A DNA stretch of 64,000 nucleotides from Lama glama (GCA_028534125.1 CM052817.1:63924001-63988000), one strand, 5' to 3'; shown: positions 12,953 to 26,839, counted from the stretch's first letter. The notes: a model not told the origin generated them from the letters alone. Numbers and translations: made by a program.

Positions 12953-14215
12953 TGCCTCTCTCCGTCCCTGGTAAGCCTTGCTCACCCTGACCACGCTGCT
13001 TGCCAGCAGGGAGGCGCCCCTCAGCACAGCCTGCTGTAGCCTCCAGCACTCTCAGGATTCAAAGGACAGTGAGTCCAAAGCAAAGCCCAGGCTCCTGCAG
13101 AAGCTCATCTGCAAGGTTTCCATCATAGGCCAGATCTGCTAAAAGTCAATCATCCGAAAAACTGATGCTAATGAAACAGAAAAATCCATACCAGCATTTT
13201 TAAAAGGAGGGTGTGGGGAGATTCTTTAAGCCTTGAGGACTAGTATTTTACTATATAAAACTTGCAAAGGCAATCATTTTGGTGAGGTGGATCTGACAGA
13301 TGCTCATGTGATTGACTCCAACCCCAAGTTTTGTAGTCAATGCTCCATGTAAAAAGTTCAATCTTATATACTAATAACAAAAAAGAAATGGAAGACTGGA
13401 CTGAAAGACTGAAAAATGTTCAGAACAGGGAACATTCTGAGTCTCCTCAGTACCACATGTACCATTTCTCAGGGATGTATAATTGGTATTCCCGTTCACA
13501 TGCTAGGCCAATGTATTGTAACTTGTGTTAAGTTTAATCCAGGGTCACATCACAAAGATCAGGAGTTGACAAAATTTTCCAGTAAAGGGCTAAACAGTAA
13601 TTATTTTAGGTTTTGTAGACCATATATGGTCTCTGTTACATAGTCTTCTTTATTTTATTTTACAAGCATATAAAAAAATGTAAAATCTATTTTTAGCTCA
13701 AGTGTCTGTACAAAAAGAAGCATAGGTCTTTAGGGCATGGTTTGGTCCATGTACCACAGTTTGCCAAAACCTAAGGATTGTCTTGTGAAGTGTGGTTGTT
13801 TAAAGTCCACAGACATTGTGCTATGTAAGCAATCAGTAACTGTAAATGGACCACAGTCATTGACTGGGAAGGAACGCCTCAAGGATGAAGATGGAATAGC
13901 AATGCCTTACCAGTGGCTGGAAGGAAACTTCCTCATGAAGGTCAAGTGTACAATGAGTTGCACTGCAACATCATGTAAAGAATCATTACTGACCAAGCAT
14001 CTCCTTGACCTGTATATTAAGTGTTGGCCCTACATCCTTTTTGCAAAGTCCATCTTTGTCAATTCAAAGAGAGGGACAATAAAGGTATGAAGTTCCAAAA
14101 AGATTCAAATAACTGATGATTCTTGTTTGGGTCTTTGCTTAATTCATGGAATATCCCCCCTTAGACACCTTAGGCATGGCTAGGCATGTGGAGGAAGTTC
14201 CCTAACCTACCAAAG
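12953..14215 (+). pseudogene. DGKD: Processed pseudogene of diacylglycerol kinase delta (N-terminus, PH domain, C1 domains, start of catalytic domain)
   Basis: Translations 'DSESKAKPRLLQKLICKVSIIGQI', '[49 protein letters not shown]', 'DEDGIAMPYQWLEGN', 'TSCKESLLTK' and 'FVNSK' match DGKD in order, with no introns; stops, frameshifts and deletions are present. Confidence 0.9.
13560..13773 (+). mobile_element. hAT-Charlie MITE MER58 (MER58C-like) inserted in the DGKD retrocopy
   Basis: 'caggagttgacaaaattttccagtaaagggc...ttttaggttttgtagaccatatatggtctctgt...agtttgccaaaacct'; it splits the codons for VTSH|GLSCEV. Confidence 0.8.
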
Positions 14216-17200
14216 TTAAAGTTGATTCTATCAAAACTAGAGCAATTAATGGTTGATTTATGTTCATGTTGCCTTATCATTCTTTGCAAAAGAATTTTTC
14301 TGGCACAGAAGTAAAAGAATCATTAGATAAAAGTTTTGGAGGCTATGCAAACTGTTGAGGAGAAGAAGAAAGACAAGACAGGAGGCTTGATAGCAGCATG
14401 GAAGTGAAAAGGCTCGGCCGTTACATATAAATGGGAAACAAATTCACATTTAACCAGTAAAATGGTTTATAAAATTCATGTTTTTACAAAAATTCCAGAG
14501 GTGGAAGAGGACGATCTTACAGAGATTGATCCTCCACCTCCAGTGGCTCTTCTTTTTGGGCAGGCATATAATTTATGATGAGTCATTTTTTTGGAGAGAA
14601 CTTTCTTATTGCCCCTATTTCTTTATCTCTTAATGAGAAAGAAATTAAAATGTACTTGAACTTGTCTAGTCAAAGATAGGGTTCACTGGCCTTAGCCTTT
14701 TGTACTAAAATTAAAATAGCTTATTTCTTTTATTTTAAAAATCTTATGTACACATGAATTCTCACACCTCCTTCTTCCTGGCCCCAAGAGAGTGCTAATC
14801 ACTTTGAACGTTTTGATAAAAATCCTTTAACACCTCTATCTAAGCATATACTATAGTTTTAAATGGGTTTTTCTATTTTGCTAATGGCTTTTTAGAACTC
14901 AGTAATATGCTCCTGACATCTAGAATTCAACTTTAATAAACACAGATCTACATAAATGGCGAAAAAAAAAAAAGAAAGGTCAACAAAATACACCTAATAT
15001 AGTTATAGGAGAATTAACAGAGACAGATATTTGGTAATTAGAAAGGATTAAATAAGATCATATATTTAAAATAGCTAACACAGTGGCTATTACTTAGCAG
15101 ACACCAAACTGATGGACCCATTCTGGAGAAGAATTTTTATATGTTGATACAGCCATAAAAAGCTATCACCTAGTAAAAGAGAGCTAGTAAATTCAGTGAC
15201 CAAATCCATTCTTTCCCTCCCTAACATCACTGAGGGAGGGTGACACAGTCCTATTCTCAGAAAGAATACTCCAAGTTTACTTTAGCTTTCAGGGTTGAGG
15301 CAAAACACCAGGACTGATGAAACATCAGAGAACAGTAGTTCTCAAAGTCTAGTTAGTTGGTGAGTTTCTCTGACAGTTTCCTAAGCTAGACAAAAGATCT
15401 GAGGCTCATACCAAACATTCTCCATTTCTTATAACAAATTGATAACAAGAATTTGGGAAAAATAAAGTGGTATAAAAATGCAGGTACATTAGTAAAATTT
15501 AAAAAATTTATTCTGTGTTAACCTGCAAAATAGTATCAGAATAGCTGCCCAAAATGTCACTGATTTTGGCCAACAAGAACATGCAACTGGAGATTAGTTC
15601 TTAATACTTTATGAGAATTTTTCTGCTGGTAATCGCATCCTAAGAATCTCTTGCTTAGAATGTAGGTACACAGCATCCCATATCCTCTAATATTCTGGTT
15701 TCTAGATACATCTAGCAGGGACCTGACTGTACAAAAGCCATTAACTATACCTATATAGCAACTTTAAGAATCAATCCCTAAGATACTTACAGAGCAAATA
15801 ATACAAAATCTAAACTGGAGTAATGTTAATACAGGTTCTTTCACTTCAGGCTTTTATTAGATACCTATGTCATAATGTATTTTCTCATCCCATTTCCTTC
15901 TGTACAGAAGGAAAGTTTGGCAACCAATAATTTTATCTTTGCCCATCACTTGAACTTTATGAATTGTCTTGAGACAAAATCATGGAATCACTGACTGATT
16001 TCTTTTGGAAACATTTTGTGATAAATACATTAATTCCCCTGAAAGCTAAGAATATATCAATCTTATGTATATATCTTATTTTACAAAGTAAGCAAGGATA
16101 GCTATATATCCAATTTTTCAGATATTTTAATCTGAAAATTCATTTGGTAAATGATGTGCACGAACTACTGATGACTCTCATCAGTCATGAATGTTGTAGC
16201 AGTTCCATTTTTAAGCTTTGATCATGATTGTGCACATTCCTTTTTGTGAATTACAATTTCCTCTAATTTAGATAGCCAATTTCAGATAAAATGTATATCT
16301 GCTTCTTGAGTTTATCCTGAAGACTCTAACTGGTAGCTAAATCCTTTCTCTGATCTCTTTCCTTATAAAAAAACTAAAATTTATGATACAGAAGGGGAAA
16401 AATCAGTTTCAGAACGTAATTTTTTACGATAAAAATAACTTAGGTTTTCTCCTATTTTACTTTCACCATTCCTCATGATCATCATGTTCTCATCAGTTTC
16501 ATGTAAAACAGCAGGTTTTTAGCAAGAAATCAAATCAAAATGCGTAACCTCATTCAAGAGGCTACAAAAAGCACAGGTGTTACTGACATGTTTAATTTTG
16601 CACTTTCATTTTTATGCAGTTTACTCCAAATAACCAAAATACAAATGAGGAAAGTCAAAAGGAGTACCCTGAAGTCATTACAAATATGAAAAAAATAACC
16701 TTTGCATTACTGTAAACTTGGATTATAATTGTGAGCAAAATAAATCTGCATAAGGGTTTACTCTGTTAAAGATTAGTAAATGTGATTTTTAGTAGATATT
16801 TAGAGCTTAAAATTCTTTGGTAAATCATCTTTATTTTATCTGCTAAAAGTTTTAACTCAGTAATTTTACTAAAAATTTTCACTAATCTTAATAAATTTTA
16901 CACTCATCATAAAATGAAATTCTTATAACTGAGATCCATTTTGGAGCCTATCCAGAAGCTGTTAATTATTGAAAATATTACCAAATCAATAACTCTGAAA
17001 ATAATAAAGATAGTGACACTTTGGTGCATACTATTCAGTGATTTTGTTCTTTTCACAATGTTTCAATAGTTAAAAGTTTAGTCATAAAATCAGGACTTAA
17101 CAATTCTAGCAACTAGCACATAAGCAGGTAGTTAATAAATGTTTTTTCTAATAATTATGTACAAAATATAGTAAAAAATTTTTTGAACCTAGGGCTAGAA

Positions 17201-17366
17201 CAAAGCTAACTGGAGTGCTGTTCCTGGGACGAATGTTGGGTAGAGGAATCTGGGACTAAGCTGGATCACAAAAGGTCTGAGAGAGGACTGGACGATGAAA
17301 ACCTGAAACAGCCGGTGGAGAATCCTGGAGCCAAGGCTAAAGCCTGAAAACAGTGCCAAATAAGGG

Positions 17367-17544
17367 GCACAAAGACTTATATAATTTTGAGGTACTGTGC
17401 AAAATGAAAATATGGTATTGTTTGTTTAAATATTATTAAGAATTTCAAGATAACAACAATTGAGCATTAAATCAAGTGTGGGGCCCTTCTGAATATGAGG
17501 CTCTGTGCAACTGTCCTGGTTGCACACCCATGAAATGCGCCATG
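17367..17544 (-). mobile_element. hAT-Tip100 MITE, MER45A-like
   Basis: 'tgcaaaatgaaaat...ttattaagaatttcaaga...gagcattaaatcaagtgtggggcccttctga...gcacacccatgaa'. Confidence 0.75.
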
Positions 17545-17929
17545 AACACAAAAATATATGGTAAGTCTATAAACAGGAGAATGAATAAGGAGGTCAGAAA
17601 TTAAAAATTCCAAGATCAGCTCAGAGTTCATCACATGCACAGGTCAGGTTAAGTAGTTCAGGACTGAGTCTATGAAGGACAAGTGAGCACGGAGAAGGAC
17701 AAGCGAGAACTGAGGCCTGCTTTTATATGATATTAGTTATGCAACAAAGGACCGTCTGCTGTGGCTTTTCCTCATGGAATATCCAACATAATCCAAGCAT
17801 GCTTTAGGTGTAAATTTACATCAATGCCCTTACTAACCATACTTCTCTCACCAGGTTATCCAGTAAAATTAGTTTACGTGGCATAAGAAGTCCAGTGTGT
17901 CTTGCGGTATATTTCAACTCTCTATCCTT

Positions 17930-18056
17930 GATCATTCTTTGATTCTTTTAATAAATATTTACCAAGGATCTACCATATGCCAAACATTTTCCTAAGTTTT
18001 CCAGATAAAGTTAACAAAATAAAATGCCTGCCTTCATGGTGCTTAATTTCAAACAA

Positions 18057-18107
<51 letters not shown>

Positions 18108-18730
18108 GCATAATATTACCTATAATGTTGAAAAATGAAAAATGCTACATGAGTGTAGGTGATTAGACTGGGAAGTCAGAGAAGGCCTCTCTGAAGAGGT
18201 GATACTAGAGCAGAAATTTGAATGAAACGAGCGTTAAAGCCTTTCAACAGCAAAGGTATTCCAGGTAGAAGGAATAATAAATGCAAAATAGCTGAAAACA
18301 GGAACCAGCTTGATATGCTCAAAGAAACCAAATAAGGACAGCAAAATACTTAAGAGTAAGCAGGGAGAAATGTGGCAGAAAATGAAGTTTAAAAAGTGGG
18401 CTGAATCTATATAATTAAAGACCTTATAGACTATGATTAAATGTACGGGTTTTATTCTTAAGATGGTAAAAATGAGTGGAGGGTTTTGAACAAGAGCAGG
18501 ACATGATGTGATTTTATTTTAGAAAGACATCTCTTAATGATATGTGTAGAGTAGATTATACAGAGAGATCAATTAAAACTCCTAAGTTTTTATGAGGAAA
18601 AATGGTACTGGCTTGCTGGATTGAATGGGAAAGACAGGTGGAAGAAATCAAAAGTTCTGTTTTAGACATGGGTGATTTGAGATGCCTATCAGATACCTGA
18701 GTAGAGGTGTTGAAGCCACAGTTTAAAAAT
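17930..18730 (-). mobile_element. L2 LINE 3' fragment
   Basis: 'taataaatatttaccaaggatctaccatatgcc', 'gaagtcagagaaggcctctctgaagaggtga' and 'tttgagatgcctatcagatac'. Confidence 0.75.
18061..18105. repeat. (AT)n microsatellite, about 22 units
   Basis: Perfect AT run. Confidence 0.95.
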
Positions 18731-19279
18731 ATCTAAACTCTGATGTCTGGCTTGGGAGCACACAAGCCTCAGAACCTGTATTTGTGACTACTCTTATAAA
18801 GAAAGGGTAGGATCACACTCACTCAAGAAATGCCTCTGTGAGTGTGTCAGCAAAGCCAGGCAGGAGTACCGGGTGGCCTTACTTGATCTATATCTTCTGC
18901 TGCCTTATTATGATTACCAGTCAAAACAAAGAAACCTCACAAAGTAACTTCTACAATGGCTGAGTGTTTTATAAGCCCAAGCCAAGAGGATAAAGTAAAA
19001 TCTTGACTATAATGTCAGACTGCCTTGACCTCCTGGTTAACTGATGGTATATTTTTGAAGTATACCACCAAAAATGAAAAAGACATGTTTGATTAAAAGT
19101 ATATAAAAAGTTACCATACTATGTTTGGTTTACTAAATACTCTCACATATTTTTCCCTGTTGTAAATTTACCTGTGATCTACAGAATTAAAAGATATGGT
19201 GGGCCCTATAAAACTAATTGGCCAAAAGACTATTCTATTTAATTAGGGTAGAAAGTGAACATTAATGCCCCAGTGAATA

Positions 19280-20560
19280 ATGCAGATACTGGTAGTCATA
19301 AAATGTGCTGACTGTCCTTTCTCCCTGTGTCAGCCAAAGTACAGGGAGCAGACTACAGGTAAGGGATTAATAAAATCTTTTCCCCTTTGTAGCTCTATTC
19401 CCCGATAACCTGAAAAGAGAGTATGTCCATTGGGTTGCTAGGCAACATTACTTGAAGTAAAATGCTCCCTGATTGGTAAGATGTAACTACACGTGGAGAA
19501 CTATGAATACCTAAAGGAACACCATGGCTTTATCGTTTGTAGCAGGCATGTCCCTTATGGGCATCCTGGAAGTTATTCCTACGAAGTAGTTAAAAGAGAT
19601 AGTAGTTCCTGTGGGGCATGAGACTTTTAAACCAGGGAGAATATCACACCCTCCCGATAAGTATCAAATCTCCTTGCACCTGAGCTATATAATCCTGTGT
19701 GATTGCTGAAAGGACTCCAATAGAAGAATTCCTGACACTTTCCGCAGGCAAGGTGTGGTTTCTGTCCTATATTCTTCCAAAGAGGCCATGCCAAGTATGG
19801 CCTATGATAGTTTTGTGAGTCTGAATGTTTAGTTGAGCCTAAAGAGAGGGTATTTAAAGCCCAAGATATTACCTTGACTGGCCATCAGTCTTCAAGAGCT
19901 GTATAAAGAGCAGTTAGATTTCTATACAAAGGGACTAAAAGAGAATGCTCCAAAACTAGGATAAAACATAAGGCTCTGGATCTCACACACTATGTTTGGA
20001 GAGGCTGTGGAAGGAAATAATAGAGCAGTCATAGCTAAAGCTAGAGTTGGTCAAGATAATAAAGTAAATAAATAATCTTTATTAGGCCATAGACTACAGA
20101 ACAAGAATAAAACCACAACCCTAATGGGGAAGTCCAAGAAAATCCTAAGGTTATAATTTCTAAGTCTGCTTTATTTCTCACACATCCCATATATTTTTGT
20201 ATGTTTCGAGGCCTGACCTAGGTAAGAGTTACCAAATGTCTCAGTATGTTACAGTAAGTATTTGAAGGGGATCACATAGTCCACTATGAGCACCATGGTA
20301 CAGGGGAACAGAAGCTAGCTCCGATTTCCCCCGCTGAGGATCACAAGTGGCTATGTTAGACAGTAAATGCCACCAGCACCAGTCTCACCTTAGCTTCACC
20401 ACTTCGCTTGCTAAAGAAATATGGCAGAGTGTGGTACCACAAAGTCCCCATAAACAAGAAATTCCAAATGGAAATAACTTTGGAGGACATACAATAAAGA
20501 TCCTTAACCTAAAGATGCGGATGACTGATGTGTACGCAAAATTCAAATGATAGAAAAACC
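19280..20560 (+). mobile_element. Possible ancient LTR (MamGypLTR-like)
   Basis: GC-richer 1.3-kb block with LTR-like promoter motifs and AATAAA near the end; family recalled only loosely. Confidence 0.3.
19434..19495. promoter_or_regulatory. RFX X-box, inverted CCAAT and E-box cluster
   Basis: GTTGCTAGGCAAC at 19434-19446, ATTGG at 19472-19476, CACGTG at 19490-19495. Confidence 0.35.
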
Positions 20561-21929
20561 AAGTCATTTCATATAATACAAGTTTGCTCTGTCAAAACTG
20601 CTCCAAAGTATATTCTTCACTGTTGCCTCCAGACTTCAAGCAATACTTTTTCATAACAAATAACCTGTATCTTATATGGAGCATTTCATTTAGTGGGAAA
20701 CAGTACATGTGAAAATTATATATTTGAGAAGTTATCATTCAGAAATCTTCCTATGAAAAACTCTCCCCCAATAAAAAAGTTAAATGTACCTGTTTCTCTT
20801 CCGAATGAATAAAACAAAAAACAAAAAAACCCCTAAGGAACAGAGGTGACAGCATCTTTTTCCATGTATTGAGTAACCAGAATTAAAGTACAACTTTGCT
20901 CTTCCATTATACTGTTAGTCATTATGAAAGTACACACAATCATTTAATTTTGACAATTTAAGCAGACAATTCAAAGAGGGAGAGAGGAACGGCATCTACG
21001 TACAAGTCCTAATAACTTCCCAATAATGTACTTCTCAAGGCAGATCTTTTTAAAGGAAAAATAAAACCATCATTGAGAAATGGGAGTCAGAGGGAAAACA
21101 TCTAAAAGGAATCTAACAATAATTACCATACGTTGCAAGACACAGACACAGAGCAAACCTGAAATAAAAGGATGACATCCATACTTCCCTATTATGCTGT
21201 CTTGCTAAAAATCATGAACTAACAATGTGGGCAACAATCCTTCTACTGGGTGTGTAATACTTTTTGAGGCACCCGGAGCACTACTTCACTCTACCTCTCT
21301 CCACTCAACTACGCATCTCTTACCCTGTCCACAGAGAGACATATCTCAAAAAATGTAAGTAGTAGGAATAAGGAAGGTTATATCCTAACATGTAAAGGTC
21401 CCTCAAGTAAAGATGTTTTAAAAGTGCTGCTAAACATAGGTGCTGGAGATTGGCATTTTACATGTATTGTAACCATTTAGATTGTCAATAAAATTCTCTT
21501 AAATTTTCCTCATTCATGGGTAGAATAAAAAGATGCCATTTTGCATATAAGTGTAATAATTAGAGACATAACAATTTAAAATTTTTGAAAACCTCAAAGC
21601 AATTATGAATAGGATTAAAGCCAACAAATGTATATATTTGTCTGAAGAAGACTGACTCCTTCGCCTTACCTACAGTATATACCTATTTGAATCCTTTGAA
21701 CTTTCCACAAGTTAACTAATTATGAGCCTAACACTAAAGAGATATGTGCTTCAATATGAAAAAAAAATTAATCCTGCTATTCAGATAGAGTAGTTCTACA
21801 TCCCCTGCAAACATAGTCTCAAATCTCTGCCACAGGTGCACTTTCTACTGCTGCTTTATTAACCTTAGAGAGAAAGCTGTCTTTGCCTCAAGATCTCCTT
21901 GAAATGATTTTGCCTTGAATTTTATTTTG

Positions 21930-22140
21930 TAGGAAATGAATGTGGTTACTCACATTTTATTTTCTGTTTTCATTTACCTGATATATCTTTGTCCATCCTT
22001 TTATTTATAACTATTATATACCTTTGTGTGTGTATGTGCCTCTTGTAAGTAGGATTTTTTATTATAATCCAAAGTCTCTGCCTTACATATGAGTTTAAAC
22101 CATTTATATTTATTGCCATAATAGAATTAATTCTGATTTC
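21930..22140 (-). mobile_element. Old L1M fragment
   Basis: 'tgatatatctttgtccatccttttattt...gtgcctcttgtaagtag' antisense ORF2-like. Confidence 0.5.
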
Positions 22141-22499
22141 CATTTGCACTCAATTCAAGTTTGTACCATAGCAAATAATGGCCTTTTTCTCACTTTGAAT
22201 GTGGTCGAAGTTTCCAACCAATGATGGGTTTCAAATTTTCATTCTCAACAGAAATTTTAAAAATTAAATTTCCTGTATGTTGGAATCATTCCATCAGGAA
22301 CAAAGATCTGTAATCCATCCAGCATGCAGAAATGTAACTACTCTCATGTCCTGCTCCAAGTAATGTCCAGATCAGACACAACATCATGAAGAGCCACAAG
22401 GTGACTATGGCTTTTGTAAAGAAACCATCCAAAATCGACTGCTTCCTCTTCAATTGTAACACTGTTACAAACTAATATTCTATCATATATTATTGTAAC

Positions 22500-22735
22500 C
22501 CTTCTTGTAAACTCCACTAAAATAAAGAACTTGACTCCATTTTCTGATGTTCACTGCTGACAACTTTTAAAGCCTCACCACTTCTTCTTCCCCTTCTGCC
22601 TACATCTGGGCAAGCTGATAAGAAAGTCTGAATGATCCCTCTTTCGGTACTAGCAGGAGTTTCAAACTCTACCAGCATGTAGGAACCCCCAACCTGACCC
22701 CACCTGCTAATCACAACAAAAAACTCAAGTCAACT
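22500..22735 (+). mobile_element. ERV1-type LTR fragment
   Basis: 'cttgactccatttt...acatctgggcaagctgataagaaag' resembles old ERV1 LTRs. Confidence 0.5.
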
Positions 22736-23689
22736 GATTCAAAATAAAGTAGAAAAATCTGATTAAACAAAAAAATTATAAAAGGTGAATTATAAAAGTT
22801 AACTAATAACTCAAAAATTATTTGGACTAGAAAAATTGCCACCAAGTTCTTTAAAAAACCAAAATTAAATTATCCAATTTATTTTATGAAAGAAATCATT
22901 CTGATATCATAATCTGACATATTTGTTATCACTACTACAGACTGATCTCAGAGGTACAAATCCAAATTAAATATAGGCATCAACTGCATAACATCATTCC
23001 TTCCTAAAAATTAAATGCTCTGTGCTAAAATAACAATAATTATAATGTATTATGCATCAACCTAGAAACTCTAACAATTTTTATGTAGTAACTAAAACCC
23101 TAGAAAATGCCTATATATTTACCAAACTATGTTTAAGATGTAAAATGTTAAAACATAGCTTCCTGATAAACAGTTCACATAGCTATTAACAAACAATTGC
23201 TTTGCATGTTTTAACATTCTCTTATCCTAGCAACATTGAAACCTCTGCTTATAACTTTTGTAGATTCACAAAAGACCTACTCTACAGGTGAATCTTATAT
23301 TCTACCAAAGTTGTATTAAGAATATGCCTAGAGACTTTCCTTGCACATCATTTTGTTAAAATTTTTGTATTGGGTTTAGAGGATTCGCATTTTATGACAT
23401 CACCATATTCATAAATAAGAGGCAGTCTCTACTGGGAAAACATTACCAAGGAGATGTTCTGTGAGATAGCTGCATACTTGTAAATTTGATTCAACAGTAT
23501 TTTACGAGAATTGCCTACCATCATTCAAAAATTCAAGATGGCTTAATAGAATAAAATCTCCTAACAGATCTATCATGTCGGTAGGTTTACCATGAGATCC
23601 TCCACATGGTGACCTCATTAGATAACAAAAAAAGCACTAAACACGTTTCCCAAATTGAACAATATTACACAACTAGGAATAAAACGTAT

Positions 23690-24010
23690 TTTAAATGATA
23701 AAGAATAATCATTTTAAACTAGAAGCCAATGCCATCTGAGAGGGGAAAATTAAAGTCACTCCCATTAAAAACAGAACAGGATGCCAGATATCACTGTTAT
23801 CATTTAATATCATCCCATAATTTCTGTCCAAGGCAACAAAACAACAAACCAAAACAATGCTAACACAGCTAGAAGCCAAATTATCATTTTGATGACAAGA
23901 TTATTCATGTAGAAGAGCTAAGAGAATTACTTGAAAATCTTAGAATTAAGAAAAAGAGCTTTGTAAGGAATCCAGTTATTAGACAACTATTTTACATAAA
24001 ATCTTTTTTC
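23690..24010 (+). mobile_element. Highly decayed L1 ORF2 (RT) fragment
   Basis: 'aacaggatgccagatatcactgttatcatttaatat' (RQGCPLS-like) and 'ttttgatgacaagatt' (FADD-like). Confidence 0.5.
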
Positions 24011-24329
24011 TATGCCACTTATAACCAGTGAGAAGATTTTTTCTTCACTTAAAAAAGTTTCATTTGTGCCAAGAAGGTACAACTCTTATAAACATCATTG
24101 TTACAAGTGCTTACAAACAATTATCTGATAACATTACAAAAGAGCTATCACATCCATTCTCTAAAATAACACTTGTCTCAAAGTTAGAAGTTCTAATAAT
24201 AGGGGGAAAAAAAGACTTATTCCATAATACCCTAGCACTATATTAGCTGTGTGAACAATCTAAATATAAGAACTTAATACATTATAAATAAACATCACAA
24301 ACCAATACAATATTCAAAATGGAATTTTT

Positions 24330-24615
24330 TGTTTCAGTTATCCAGGGGCAGAGATACTATTTTCTCACTATACTTGAATAAGACACTGTGAGGCTATTAG
24401 GTGCAATAGCCTTCTTGCCACTATTAGGAAAAATCCTACCTATGAACAAAACAAGTACAGAAGAGGTTCTCAGAAGCAAAAGAGAGAATCCAGGTCCTGG
24501 TGACATCACGGGAGCCTGAAATAGTGCCTAAGCCAGACCTACTCTAAAATATACCAGTAAATTACTTTCCTATTTAAGATAGATTGAATTCAGTTTACTG
24601 TTATCTGATACCAAG
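24330..24615 (+). mobile_element. Old MaLR LTR fragment (MLT1J/K-like)
   Basis: 'aatccaggtcctggtgacatc...gagcctg...tgcctaagccagacc'. Confidence 0.5.
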
Positions 24616-26736
24616 CAAAGTATATACCTTTAAGGAGTACACAGGGTAAGCAAATACATATTTGAATAATTCCACTCAACAATACAGATAAATCAGAGAC
24701 TCACTCACCACCAATCTCTCATTTAAACAAGAAAGAGCTACTTTGCCTAAATAACTACCCCATTATATAGGCTATTTCTGCCATTTAATCACAAGCCAAA
24801 AGAGTTGAAATACAGATGCACTAAGAAGACCACTATCAGTTATGACACTGATTTATACTATTACACTATATATTTAAGCCATATGTTTTTATAGCTGCAA
24901 CTTTATCAAAATGAGTAAATTTATAAGTATACATTATCCATGTTTTAGTTTGGATATCTATCTAGAGTTCAGTAAGGTACTGCATTATAGTGTGCTTCAT
25001 AAGTAACAAGAGGTTAAGACATCTTTCATTTTATTTAGTGTTTTCTACTAGTTATGCTGACTCAAACATAACTCAACAAATTGCTGCTTCAGAGCCTTTA
25101 GCTACTTAGAAGCAAAGCAATATGCATTTGAATATATATATAATTCATATTATATTTGATATATATATATATACATCAAAGTTGAGGGAAGTTTGTTTCA
25201 TATACCCAAACTATATTGTTTATAATATAATCAAATATATTATCTGTATTAATATTTAAATAAATTTAGTAGCTAATAATTTTTCAAAATGAACACTCAA
25301 TGGAAAATGTGATCCAACCTCTCACAAAAGGCAAATTGAGTATGGATATGCAGTATTCCTTAATGCAAAAGTTATTCATCAAAATTTAAAGAGAAAGCTA
25401 CACTTTAATATTTGTTCCATTTGGAAAAGTGCTTATGCCACATCCTTTTACCTGTATCTAACAAGAATATATATCTTCATCTGCAGGAATACTGATGAAA
25501 ACTGCAGAAATGGCAGCAAATGTATCCCCTTTCTAGTAGACCACCTCTAATGCCATCATTCATGAGTCAGGAAGATATAATATCCATAAATCACCTTCAC
25601 TATCAAGTGAAAAGCATGTACTCAAATTGTCTAATTCAGTCTCTACCTGTAACTGAACAAGTGACTGCTTTGTTTATTCACAAGCTTCTTTTTTCTGACT
25701 ATCAATATCAGTTATTGTCCTTTTTATTAAATGTATAATATGTTTAAACATGAAGAAATTAAATGTATAAACATGAAGAAATCTCATTCTTTTTTTGAGT
25801 TTAGCATTTATGGATGTCAGAAGGCTCAAAATTCAAACATGACCTCATCAATTACAGCAACACACTGAGGAAATGTTTCCTTCTCACCTGTTCTTTTTAG
25901 GAATCTAAACAATCAATCTAGTTCATCAAGCCAAACATTCTCGTCATATAAAAACACTTATACAATAGAAGATTAAAACTGCTTATAAGGTTATTATACA
26001 GAGAAATGTGGGCTTTTAGAAGGCAATCTGGAACTGTATCTCAGACAAGTGCTTTTTGAATTCCACAAACAAAACACTAAAAAAAAAATCACTGGGACCT
26101 GAAATAAACTTATAGAACTATTATTGATCTAATTCCTATAATCAGTTATACAGAAAATTTCAATCCGATGAGCCAACACAGAAATTAAGCAGTTAAAAAT
26201 AATTAAATGATTTAACCTTTTGATTGCTTATTATACATCTGAAAACCAGAGAGTCTGTAAGTTAATGTCTTGTCTTTCAAGCAAAAATATCAAAAAGATT
26301 CAGCTGCTTCATGAAGTTTCTGGAGCAGGAAAGGAGAGCAATATCTATATATAAAATACATTCAACATCTTATTTCATATCCTGAAAGCACCCATTTCCA
26401 GATAATCTATATTTGTACTATACTACTTAGGTATAAAGTTAAAAGAAATAGGGGTGGGACTAATATATTTTTGAAAGGTTTTCAACAATGAGCACTGAAC
26501 CCAGAGAAGTTTCCTGATAAACCTGGACATTTCAACTTACTTTTTGTGATTAAAGCCTTGCAAATTTTATTCTTTATTAGGTATTATGAAGAAGAATCCT
26601 TCTGTTCCTAAGCCTATATTTTTTTCTATCAACATCCAAAATCCTATGTGCCATTTATGACTGAAGTTAAAGTAAAACAAAAGCAGTTTAAAATTTTTCA
26701 CTTCTCTGATAAAAGTTTTCCTGGTGGTATGCATAC

Positions 26737-26839
26737 ATATGTAAAATATGATGTCAAAAACAGTAGTCATGAGAGGAGAGTACAAATGCAGGGTTGTTAC
26801 AATGGGTTTGAAATTAAAATATCAGCAACTTAAAATACT

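Noticed and set aside
13340..14090. Functional DGKD/DGKH gene
   Set aside because: Intronless, frameshifted, with deletions and a transposon insertion
22140..22480. Coding-looking unique segment
   Set aside because: Stops in all six frames and no protein that I recognise
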